A DNA stretch of 63,938 nucleotides, the filler included, from Sandaracinaceae bacterium (lineage in GTDB: Bacteria > Myxococcota_A > Polyangia > Polyangiales > JADJQN01), in NCBI GenBank assembly GCA_947483975.1. It is 5 parts of 5 records of this genome, joined end to end, with 100 filler letters (N's around TTAATTAATTAA, not from the genome) between each part and the next. Parts side by side here need not be neighbours in the genome. Positions count along the whole stretch, not along the records: positions 41,541 to 54,990 come from CANKOL010000117.1; positions 55,091 to 63,938 come from CANKOL010000222.1; 3 more parts are not named here. One strand, written 5' to 3'. Numbering within the stretch: the stretch's first letter is position 1; every line of letters begins with the position of its first letter. The notes beneath the pieces are model-generated. The model was not told the origin of the DNA. It worked only from the letters and a program-made list of their open reading frames with translations, and ran no database searches. Both the position numbers and the translations under genes were made by a program. This document shows, piece after piece, positions 54,639 to 63,938 of this stretch.

Positions 54639-54990
54639 TTGACACACGCCGAGCCGAGCCCGCACAGACCTCAGACCGTGCACTCTCGTCCAGCCCATCC
54701 GCCTCGGCGCCTCGGCCTCCTCGCCGCCCTCCTCGCTGCCGCCGTGCTCGTCGCGGTGCTTCCATCGCGCGCGCTCGCCCAGGCAACGCCCGCACAGCCA
54801 CCGCTCGCCCAGGCAACGCCCGCACAGCCACCGCTCGCCCAGGCAACGCCCGCACAGCCACCGCTCGCCCAGGCAACGCCCGCAGCGCCAGCGAACGGTG
54901 GCGAGCACCGCCTGCGGGAGACGCTGCGCCTCGTCGCGACAGGGCGCCTCGGCGGCGCGCTCGGGACGCCTGTGTGCTCGGACGTGCGCA
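54639..54990 (+). CDS. Secreted protein N-terminus (3' truncated)
   Basis: RRLGLLAALLAAAVLVAVLPSRALA/Q signal peptide; alternative GTG start at 54678. Confidence 0.6.
54772..54884. repeat. 30-bp perfect tandem repeat (about 3.8 copies) encoding LAQATPAQPP
   Basis: CGCTCGCCCAGGCAACGCCCGCACAGCCAC at 54772, 54802, 54832, partial at 54862. Confidence 0.95.
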
Positions 54991-55090
54991 NNNNNNNNNN
55001 NNNNNNNNNNNNNNNNNNNNNNNNNNNNNNNNNNTTAATTAATTAANNNNNNNNNNNNNNNNNNNNNNNNNNNNNNNNNNNNNNNNNNNN
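54991..55090. other. Artificial contig spacer
   Basis: N-TTAATTAATTAA-N. Confidence 0.99.
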
Positions 55091-57290
55091 CGTTGCCGAG
55101 CCAGAGCGCGGGCTGCGCGAGCACCGCGCCGAGGTCGAGCAGCCCGCCCTCCGCGCGATAGGCGAGGTCCCCGACGCGCAGCGAGCCGGGCGCCCGCGGA
55201 TCGGCGGCGACGCGCAGGCTCGCTCCCCCGGCGCGCAGCTCCCCCTCGCGCACCACGACGTCCTCGATCAGCGCGCCAAGCTCGCGCAGCACCCAGTTCG
55301 GGATGCGCAGGCTGGTGCCGTCGACCGACAGCGACACGGCGCGGTGCTGATACATCCCGCCGATCAGCTCGGGCCAATTCTTCTCGACGACGTCGCGCTT
55401 GAACGTGCCCTTCTGCGTCAGCTCGCCGTGCTCGAGGTCGAGCGCGCGGTCGAGGATGCGGAAGGCGACGACGCGCTCGAACGGCGCGAGGAAGCGGTTC
55501 GCCGAGGCGACGAGCGACGAGACGAGCAGATGCAGCTCCTCCGGCGTGCGCTGCCGCAGCTCGGGGCGACCCTCGTAATTCGGCCACACGAGCAGAGTGT
55601 TGTAGTCGCGGTGATCGCCGACGAGGAACGCCTGCGCGAGATCGTCGAAGTCGCGGAACAGGTTCTCGACGCGCTGAGGCGCGATCGTCTGACCCGCGCG
55701 GTTCTTGTAGATCTCCTTCTTGCGCCCCGTGATCCGGAAGTGCCCCTCGCCGTCGATCGACACGAGATCGCCGGTGTGAAACCAGCCCTCCGCGTCGTGC
55801 GCCTCGAGCTCCTCGCCCTCCGCGTGAAAGTAGCCGGGGCTGACGTACGCGCCGCGGATCAGGAGCTCGCCGTCGTCCGCGCGGCGGCAGTCGATGCCGG
55901 GGAGCGGCTTGCCGATGGAGCCGTCCACGTACTCGCCGGGCGGCGTCATCGTGATGCCGCCGGTCGCCTCGGTCATGCCGTAGCCCGAGCAGAGCTCGAT
56001 GCCCGCGCGGTGGCACGCGCGGAAGATCGCCGGGTCGAGGTAGCCCGCCGCGGAGAGCCCGTGCGCGAGGCGCCCGCCCGTCAGCGCGCGGAGCTGACCC
56101 GCGGCGCCCTCGACGTCGTCGGGCGCGGCTTGGCGCTGCGCGGACTCGGCCATCTCCATCCACTTCTTCGGCACGGAGATGAACACCGTCGGGCGCACCG
56201 TCTTGAAGTCCTCGACGAGCGCCGCGTGGTTCGTCGAGCGCGCGAAGACGTACGTCGCGCCCCACCAGAGCGTGCCGAACATCTCGAGGTAGCGCCCGAA
56301 GGTGTGGCAGAGCGGCAGGTACGCGAGGAAGGTGTCGCCCTCGTTGAGGTGCGGCAGCGCGAAGCCGCGGCAGAGGCGCTTCGACACGAGGTTCAGGTGG
56401 TTGAAGACGATGCCCTTCGGCCGCCCCGTGGTGCCCGAGGTGTACATCACCGTCGCCGCGTCGCGGCTGCGGACGCGGTCCGCGCGCTCCGCGCGATCGG
56501 CGTCGTCGAACGCCCCGGCGCCGCGGGCGATCGCCTGCTCGAGCGTCAGCAAGCCGTGCCGCTCAGCCGCCGTGCGCGAGACGACGACGACGTGCTTCAG
56601 CTCAGGGAGCCCGGGCAGCGCGGGGAGCACCTTCTCGACCTGCTCCTCGTCGGAGACGACGAGCACCTGCGCGCCCGAGTGCCGCAGCATGAACGTCACC
56701 TGCTCGGGCGTGGAATTCGCCGGGAGCGGGAAGTCGAGGATGCCGTTGGAGAGACACGCAATGTCGACGAGCGCGGTCTCCAGGGAATTCTCGGAGAGAA
56801 TGGCGACCTTGAGATCGGGCTCTCCGGGGGCGAGCGCGAGCAGCCCGCGCGCGATGGCGCGGGTGCGGCGCGCGAGGTCCGCGACGGTCAGCTCGCAGGG
56901 GTCGGGCCCGAGCACGCGCATCGCGATGACCTTCGGATCGGTCTCCTCGCGCGAGCGCAGCACCTCGCCGAAGGTGTGATCCGCGTGGTCGATCACCGGC
57001 ACGAGGAGCTGCGTCCACGGCTCGATGTCCGCGGGCGTCATCGCCTCCGTGAAGCGCCTGCGCCGCGCCGAGTCGAGCAGCCCGAGCAGCGCGCGCCGCG
57101 CCGGCTCTCGCGTCGCGGGGCTCGCGAGGCAGGCGTCGAGCGTCGCGACGAGCCCCGTCAGCGCCTCGAGATCGCTCGGGCGGGCGACGAGGAGCGCGCT
57201 CCGGGTGTCGGAGACGAGCGAGCGCTCGGGGGGCGTCCCCGGGGTCCATTGCGCGGCGAGTTGGGCGTAGGCAGACGGCGCGAGGGTCAT
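55091..57290 (-). CDS. Long-chain acyl-CoA synthetase-like protein with N- and C-terminal extensions (3' truncated)
   Basis: YTSGTTGRPKG, YLPLCH.F, GYGMTE, WFHTGD, ITGRKKEI.K..G..IAP..VE, GELT.KG..KR. Confidence 0.88.
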
Positions 57291-57395
57291 GGCGGCCGGA
57301 TTCTACGGCTGCGCGCGCGCTTCCGCCCGCGGCGTCGAACGGGGGCGTCGAACGGAGGCGTCGGCGGGCGGAGCCAGGTGTATGCTCGCGCCGCC

Positions 57396-58911
<1,516 letters not shown>

Positions 58912-58919
<8 letters not shown>

Positions 58920-59604
58920 CTCGCCGACGCTGGTGCTGTCGCAGGCGCCCGAGGTCGAGGCCGCGCGGCGCCTCGTCGCGGCGCTCGTCGCCGTCGACCA
59001 AGAGCGCGGGAGCGTGCGGCTCGCGGTCGCGGGCGGCTCGGCTGTGCGGGCGCTCCGAACGGCGCGCGAGGCCTTGCCCGCAGGCGTCTGGGCGCGCACG
59101 CGGCTCACTTGGGTGGACGAGCGCTGCGTGCCCTTCGAGAGCCCCGACTCGAACCGCGGTGAGGCGTACCGCTGCGGCGCGCTCAGCGAGTCGGCGCCGC
59201 CCGCGTTCGAGCTTGCGCTCACGCTCGACGGCGAGTCGGTCGAGCGGTCGCTCGCGCGCGTGCGCGGTGGATTGCGCGAGCACTTCGACGACGCGCTCGA
59301 CGTGACGCTCCTCGGCATGGGCCCCGACGGGCACATCGCCTCGCTCTTCCCGGGCGGCGCGGCGCTCCTCGATGCGCCCCCCGACGTGCGCGCGCTGCAC
59401 GTGCCGGACTCGCCGAAGCCGCCCGCGTCGCGCCTGACGCTGACGCACTCGCTGCTCTCGACGGCGGTGGCGCACGTGCTGCTCGCCGTCGGCGAGAGCA
59501 AGCGCGACGCGCTCGTGCGGCTGATGGCTGGGGACGCGGCGCTGCCCGCCGTCGGGCTCAGTGGGATCGTGCTCGTGACCGATGTGGATCTGGGGAGAGC
59601 GTGA
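58912..59604 (+). CDS. pgl: 6-phosphogluconolactonase
   Basis: LAVAGGS, WVDERCVP..SPDSN, LLGMGPDGHIASLFP, SPKPP..RLTLT. Confidence 0.92.
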
Positions 59605-59621
59605 GCTCGGAGGAGATGCAG

Positions 59622-61037
59622 ATGAGCGACTTGAACGACATCGCGGTGGTGGGTCTCGGCGTCATGGGCGCCAATCTCGCGCGCAACTTCGCGAGCCGTG
59701 GCTACAAGGTGGCGGGCTACGACCGCGACGTGGAAAAAGCCCGCGGCGTGGCGAAGGCGCATCCCGAGGCAAAGCTGGCGATCGCGGAGAACTGGAAAGA
59801 GCTGGTCTCGAGCCTCGAGCGCCCGCGCCGCATCGTCGTGCTGATCCTCGCGGGCAAGCCCATCGACGACGTGCTCGACGTGCTCGACCCGCTGCTCGAG
59901 GAGGACGACATCGTCGTCGACGCGGGCAACAGCCTCTTCTCCGACACGGACCGCCGCAACCTGCGCGCGCAGGGGCGCCCTTGGCGCTTCGTCGGGATGG
60001 GCGTGTCGGGCGGCTCGGACGGCGCGCTCCTCGGGCCGTCGATCATGCCGGGCGGCGACGTCGAGGCGTGGGACCGCCTGCGCCCGCTGCTCGAGGCGGT
60101 CGCGGCCAAGAGCGACAGCGGCACCTGCGTCACGCACTGCGGCAAGGGCTCCGCGGGGCACTTCGTCAAGATGGTGCACAACGGCATCGAGTACGGCGAT
60201 ATGCAGCTGATCGCCGAGACGGCGATGCTGATGCGTGACGGCCTCGGCCTCGCGCCCGCCGCCGTCGCCGACACGTTCATGAAGTGGAACGAGGGCGACC
60301 TCGCGAGCTTCCTCATCGAGATCACCGCCGACATCTTCCGCACCGACGACCCGCAGAAGCCGGGCTCGCTGCTCGTCGACGCGATCCTCGACAAGGCCGG
60401 GCAGAAGGGCACCGGCAAGTGGACCGTGATGGCCGCGCTCGAGATGGGCGTCGCGATCCCGACCATCGCCGCCGCCGTCGACGCGCGCGTGCTGAGCGCG
60501 CAGAAGGACCTGCGCGTGCGGGCCGAGCAGAGCTTCGGCGCGACGCGCGCCAAGCTCGAGGGCGTCAGCGTCGACGACCTCCGGGACGCGCTCTACGCGT
60601 CGAAGATCGCGAGCTACACGCAGGGCTTCCAGATGCTGTCGCGCGCGAGCGCAGAGCGCGGCTACGGCACGGATCTCGGCGAGGTCGCCCGCATCTGGAC
60701 GGCTGGCTGCATCATCCGCGCGCGCTTCCTCGACCGCGTGCGCGCGGCGTTCACGCGCAAGCCCGAGCCGGAGCTGCTCGCGCTCGCGCCGGAGTTCGTC
60801 GAGGACCTGCGCCGCCGCCTCCCCGCGTGGCGCCGCGTCGTCACCGCCGCGCTCGCCGCCGGCATCCCGGTGCAGGGCCTCGCCGCGTCGCTCACCTGGT
60901 ACGACACCCTCGTCACGGCGCGCGGCAGCGCGTCCGTGATCCAGGCGCAGCGCGACTACTTCGGCAGCCACACCTACGAGCGCCTCGAGGCGCCCGGCAC
61001 CTTCGTGCACACCGACTGGCCGCGCTTCGGCAAGTAG
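59622..61037 (+). CDS. gnd: NADP-dependent 6-phosphogluconate dehydrogenase
   Basis: GLGVMG.NLA.N, GMGVSGG, FVKMVHNGIEYGDMQ, GQKGTGKW, GCIIRA, QAQRDYFGSHTYER; GGAGGAG RBS. Confidence 0.96.
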   Translation: MSDLNDIAVVGLGVMGANLARNFASRGYKVAGYDRDVEKARGVAKAHPEAKLAIAENWKELVSSLERPRRIVVLILAGKPIDDVLDVLDPLLEEDDIVVDAGNSLFSDTDRRNLRAQGRPWRFVGMGVSGGSDGALLGPSIMPGGDVEAWDRLRPLLEAVAAKSDSGTCVTHCGKGSAGHFVKMVHNGIEYGDMQLIAETAMLMRDGLGLAPAAVADTFMKWNEGDLASFLIEITADIFRTDDPQKPGSLLVDAILDKAGQKGTGKWTVMAALEMGVAIPTIAAAVDARVLSAQKDLRVRAEQSFGATRAKLEGVSVDDLRDALYASKIASYTQGFQMLSRASAERGYGTDLGEVARIWTAGCIIRARFLDRVRAAFTRKPEPELLALAPEFVEDLRRRLPAWRRVVTAALAAGIPVQGLAASLTWYDTLVTARGSASVIQAQRDYFGSHTYERLEAPGTFVHTDWPRFGK

Positions 61038-61172
61038 GGCGCGAAACGCGAGCACGCCGGTGCTGTCAGCGGGGCTCGCGTTCTTGTTCACGCTGAGGAC
61101 CGAGGAACCCGTCGCGCTGCTCGAACGGGAGCAGCAGTGACACGCACGCCGTGGGCCTCGGGAGCTACGCAG

Positions 61173-61200
61173 CGAGCTACACCTTGTCGTGTGTAGCTCG
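61173..61200. promoter_or_regulatory. Inverted repeat, probable vapBC operator
   Basis: CGAGCTACAC-N8-GTGTAGCTCG, perfect 10-bp arms, 18 nt before the vapB start. Confidence 0.65.
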
Positions 61201-61218
61201 TTGTGCGACTTTGACGCC

Positions 61219-61422
61219 GTGGCCACCAACCTCGCCCTCGACGGAGACCTGATCGAGCGCGCCAAGCTGCTCGGCAAGCACCGCAGCAAGCGCGAGGCGG
61301 TCGACGAGGCGCTGCGCCAATACGTCGCGAGCCACGAGCGGAGGCGCCTGCTCGAGCGCTTCGGGACCGTGGAGATGGACCCGAAGTACGACTACAAGCC
61401 AGGCCGCTCGCGCGCGCGATGA
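61219..61422 (+). CDS. vapB: VapB-family antitoxin (RHH)
   Basis: MATNLALDGDLIERA..LGKHRSKREAVDEALRQYV...DPKYDYK. Confidence 0.85.
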   Translation: MATNLALDGDLIERAKLLGKHRSKREAVDEALRQYVASHERRRLLERFGTVEMDPKYDYKPGRSRAR

Positions 61423-61820
61423 CCGTCCTCATCGACACCTCCGTGCTCTCGCTCGCGCTCCTGCGTCGCAAGAAGACGCCCGAACCTCCCGCCGTCGCGC
61501 AGCTGCGCGGGATGCTCGAGGCTGGTGACCGCGTCGTCTTGACCGGAGTCGTCCTCCAAGAGGTCCTGGCCGGTCCGCGTGACGCGAAGGTCGCGGCCGC
61601 GCTCGCGAGAGACCTCGAGGCCTTCCCGCTGCTCGAGCCCGATCGCCGCGACCACGAGGCGGCCGCCGCGCTCCATCGGACGGCCCGCAACAGCGGCATC
61701 ACCGCGGGCACCATCGACTGCCTCATCGCGACGCTCGCGGTCCGGCACCGGGCGGCGCTGCTCACGACCGACCGCGACTTCACGCTGCTCGCGCCGCTGT
61801 GTGGGCTGACGCTCGCCTGA
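61419..61820 (+). CDS. vapC: VapC PIN-domain toxin
   Basis: VLIDTSV, VLQEVLAG, GTIDCLIA, LLTTDRDF; ATGA overlap with vapB. Confidence 0.9.
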   Translation: MTVLIDTSVLSLALLRRKKTPEPPAVAQLRGMLEAGDRVVLTGVVLQEVLAGPRDAKVAAALARDLEAFPLLEPDRRDHEAAAALHRTARNSGITAGTIDCLIATLAVRHRAALLTTDRDFTLLAPLCGLTLA

Positions 61821-61965
61821 GGGCCGCCTGGCTGCCTGGCAGCGCCCCCGCGTGGAGCTCGTCGGCGGCTGCCACGACCCCACGCGCGGTCCGATGAAAG
61901 ACCTGTCCAAGCGGGCGCTCGGCGTAGTGCCGGGCGAGGTCGTCGCGGGGTGATACGACCGACCG

Positions 61966-62202
61966 ATGGCGCCACCTCTGCAACTGATCACGGTCGATCC
62001 CCTGCGCTGCGGTGGCGAACCTCGCGTGCGCGGCCTGCGGAGCCCGGTGACGACGGTCCTTCTTCAGCTCGCGGCCGGGATGACTCCTGAGGAGGTCGTC
62101 GCCGAGCTGCCCGAGCTCGAGCTCGAGGACGTCCGCGAGTGCCTCCGCTACGCCGCGTGGCTCGCCTCCGGGCGCACGCTCGACACGCCGCCGGTCGCGT
62201 GA
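61966..62202 (+). CDS. DUF433 antitoxin
   Basis: ITVDP..CGGEPRVRGLR.PV..VL.QLAAGMTPEEV.AELPELELEDVRECLRYAA. Confidence 0.9.
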   Translation: MAPPLQLITVDPLRCGGEPRVRGLRSPVTTVLLQLAAGMTPEEVVAELPELELEDVRECLRYAAWLASGRTLDTPPVA

Positions 62203-62474
62203 AGCTGCTCGTCGACGTCAACCTCTCACCGAAGGTCGTCGCTGAGCTGTGCGCTGTCGGCCACGATGCTGTGCGCTGTCGGCCACGATGCTGTGCGCGC
62301 GAGCGAAGTCCTCGACGCGAGCGCCGAGGATGAGGCCATCCTCGCGGAGGCCGCGCGGCGCTCGCGAAGCTCATCGACGCGGCTGTCCGGGATGCGTCTA
62401 CCGACCTGGGCGTCGGCGCGATCGTGACCGTCGATGACACCCGGGTGCGGACCCGTCGACTTCCGATCGGCTGA
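62199..62474 (+). pseudogene. DUF5615 PIN-like toxin, frameshifted and internally deleted
   Basis: MKLLVDVNLSP...GHDA; 22-bp duplication at 62246-62289; SAEDEAIL in a second frame; GAIVTVDDTRVRTRRLPIG in a third frame. Confidence 0.85.
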
Positions 62475-62488
62475 CCATCGGCCGCAGC

Positions 62489-63595
62489 TCACAGCGGCGG
62501 CGCGCAGCCGTATTGGAGGTTGTCGGCCAAGCCGTCACCGTCCGTGTCCGTGTTGGCGAGCGTCGTGCAACTCGGCCATGGGCGTCCCGGATGGAACGGA
62601 TCCATCAGGCCAGTGCGGTCGAAGCAGACGCCGACGGTGTTGGGAGTACCGGCCCAGAAATAGGCCTGAAACAGACACTCGTTCGCCGGGGATCCCGCCC
62701 CTCGAGCAGGGCACGTGTACGGCGCGAGCCCCGCAGCGCCTGCCGGCGCGCTCGACGACGTCTCGACCGGACGGCAGAGCGCGACGCACACCCACGTGAC
62801 GCCGTCGGCCGAGGGGTTCGCTGGAGTGAAGCCCGCCGCGCACGCGTCGGGCGTAGGCGGCCCCGTGATGAGGTCACCCTGCATGAGCACGCTGGTCACT
62901 GGCATGCAGACGCCGTAGAGGACCTGATCGAAGCAGCTGTGGCCAGCGCCGCACGCGGTGCCATCGGAGCGCAGCTGCGTCACTGGATCGCAGGTGTCGA
63001 TACACGTCCCTGCGACCGAGCCGAGCTCGCGGTGCGCCACGCAGGTTCCGGGGCCGCAGACCGCTGCCGGGTCTGCGAGGTCGCACACCCGCTCGCATGC
63101 GGAGTTGATGCACGCGAGGCCGCGCCCACAGTCGTCGTGGTTGCTGGCGTCGACGGTGCACGCGCCGCCCTCCACCGCCGGACCCGACGGCACGCAGAAG
63201 AGCGCACCGGCGACCGGGTCGAACGCGTCGGACACCCAGGCGCAACGTTCGCTCGCCGCGCAAGGCGCCTGCGTGACGACGTTGCACGGGACCGGCGGCC
63301 CGCCATCCGGCGTGCCCAAATCCGGCTCGCTCGCGTCCGGTGCGACGAACATATCCACAGGCCCGCCGTCCACGATGGGCGTGCCGCACGCGCAGGCCCC
63401 GAACCCGGACCCTGCCGCGTTGCAGACCTGCCCACCCATGCAGCCACCCGCCCCAACGCACGCCACCGACGCGCCCGGCGCGCACACGGGGTCCGACCCG
63501 CACGCGCCGAGGGCGAACGCGAGCGTCAGCGGCAGCATCGCGGAAACGAGCGTGAGCGGCAGCGTTGCAGAGCCAAAACGTCGTAGAGGCGTCAT
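62489..63595 (-). CDS. Cys-rich myxobacterial lipoprotein
   Basis: FALGA-C lipobox; C.PG.SVAC...GGC.G.QVC...GS.FGAC.C; CNVVTQ..C; terminal DTDGDG. Confidence 0.8.
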   Translation of the reverse strand: MTPLRRFGSATLPLTLVSAMLPLTLAFALGACGSDPVCAPGASVACVGAGGCMGGQVCNAAGSGFGACACGTPIVDGGPVDMFVAPDASEPDLGTPDGGPPVPCNVVTQAPCAASERCAWVSDAFDPVAGALFCVPSGPAVEGGACTVDASNHDDCGRGLACINSACERVCDLADPAAVCGPGTCVAHRELGSVAGTCIDTCDPVTQLRSDGTACGAGHSCFDQVLYGVCMPVTSVLMQGDLITGPPTPDACAAGFTPANPSADGVTWVCVALCRPVETSSSAPAGAAGLAPYTCPARGAGSPANECLFQAYFWAGTPNTVGVCFDRTGLMDPFHPGRPWPSCTTLANTDTDGDGLADNLQYGCAPPL

Positions 63596-63888
63596 CCGCC
63601 GACGCTAGCACGCAGGCACACGAATCTCCGTCGTTTCCTGCCGCTGCTCGGACCGGACGCTGCCCCTCAGCGGAGCCGTGAGCAGGCGCTCCTCACGGTG
63701 CTGCCGCGAAGGCTCAGTCGAGCGTTTTCCCCGACAATATCCGCGTTTCGATCCTCAACCTCGGTCGGTTCGCGGTCGGTTCGCGCCCGCGCGCGGTGGC
63801 GGGGCGCGGGCCGTGGGGACAGCGACGGGGGCGCGACGACGCGACGGTTCCGATCGTCCCTGTCCTGGGATCGGTTAAGGTTCACGCC

Positions 63889-63938
63889 GTGGACGCAGCG
63901 ACGCTCAAGCTCTTCGGCCTCGCCTGGCTGGCGCTCCC
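63889..63938 (+). CDS. Possible 5' end of a membrane protein running off the window
   Basis: GTG start MDAATLKLFGLAWLAL. Confidence 0.35.
   Translation, partial: MDAATLKLFGLAWLAL

Noticed and set aside
14043..55090. Four identical TTAATTAATTAA motifs in N runs, and apparent links across them (EmrAB with TolC, T2SS with the MYXO-CTERM protein)
   Set aside because: Artificial linkers between size-sorted contigs; adjacency across them carries no biological information.
55344..57395. Apparent 1191-aa Zwf fusion, and similar N-terminal extensions of HxsB (25012), GspI (6705) and the transglutaminase (36743)
   Set aside because: The extensions overlap other real genes in other frames or strands; true starts are downstream.
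61835..61953. WQRPRVELVGG... as a Uma2 nuclease remnant between the TA modules
   Set aside because: Similarity is limited to a few residues and there is no start codon; unsupported.

Overview
GC-rich myxobacterial (Polyangiales/Sandaracinaceae-like, inferred from gene content) draft sequence. It consists of five unrelated contigs joined by artificial 100-nt N-TTAATTAATTAA-N spacers; the three complete contigs are size-sorted (13647, 13551, 13450 nt), so cross-contig adjacency means nothing. Contig 1 (1-14042) is a type II secretion operon gspC-D-E-F-G'-G-H-I-J-K-L-M-N on the minus strand. Contig 2 (14143-27789) is the most interesting. It carries pentapeptide-repeat + EmrB + EmrA, ctaA, and a fatty-acyl tailoring cluster (FAAL, ACP, acyl-CoA dehydrogenase, extended SDR, B12-binding radical SAM). 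An FNR-like Cys-rich regulator sits inside that cluster, and FNR-type boxes lie at or within 1 bp of the class II (-41.5) position ahead of both biosynthetic transcription units. An HxsC-like/HxsB radical SAM pair is transcribed divergently from the cluster. Contig 3 has a PAS hybrid kinase, nadE, lipoproteins, a transglutaminase, an RseP-like protease, a hydrolase, decayed toxin-antitoxin debris, repeats and TolC. Contig 4 has a coupled pair of giant Cys/Asp-rich surface proteins (vWA/MYXO-CTERM and FGE-like), GH114 and TPR/Pro-rich lipoproteins. Contig 5 has an acyl-CoA synthetase, zwf-pgl-gnd, vapBC, DUF433 with a broken DUF5615 toxin, and a Cys-rich lipoprotein. No rRNA, tRNA, CRISPR array or transposase was recognised. 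All family calls are from motif recognition by eye, not database searches.
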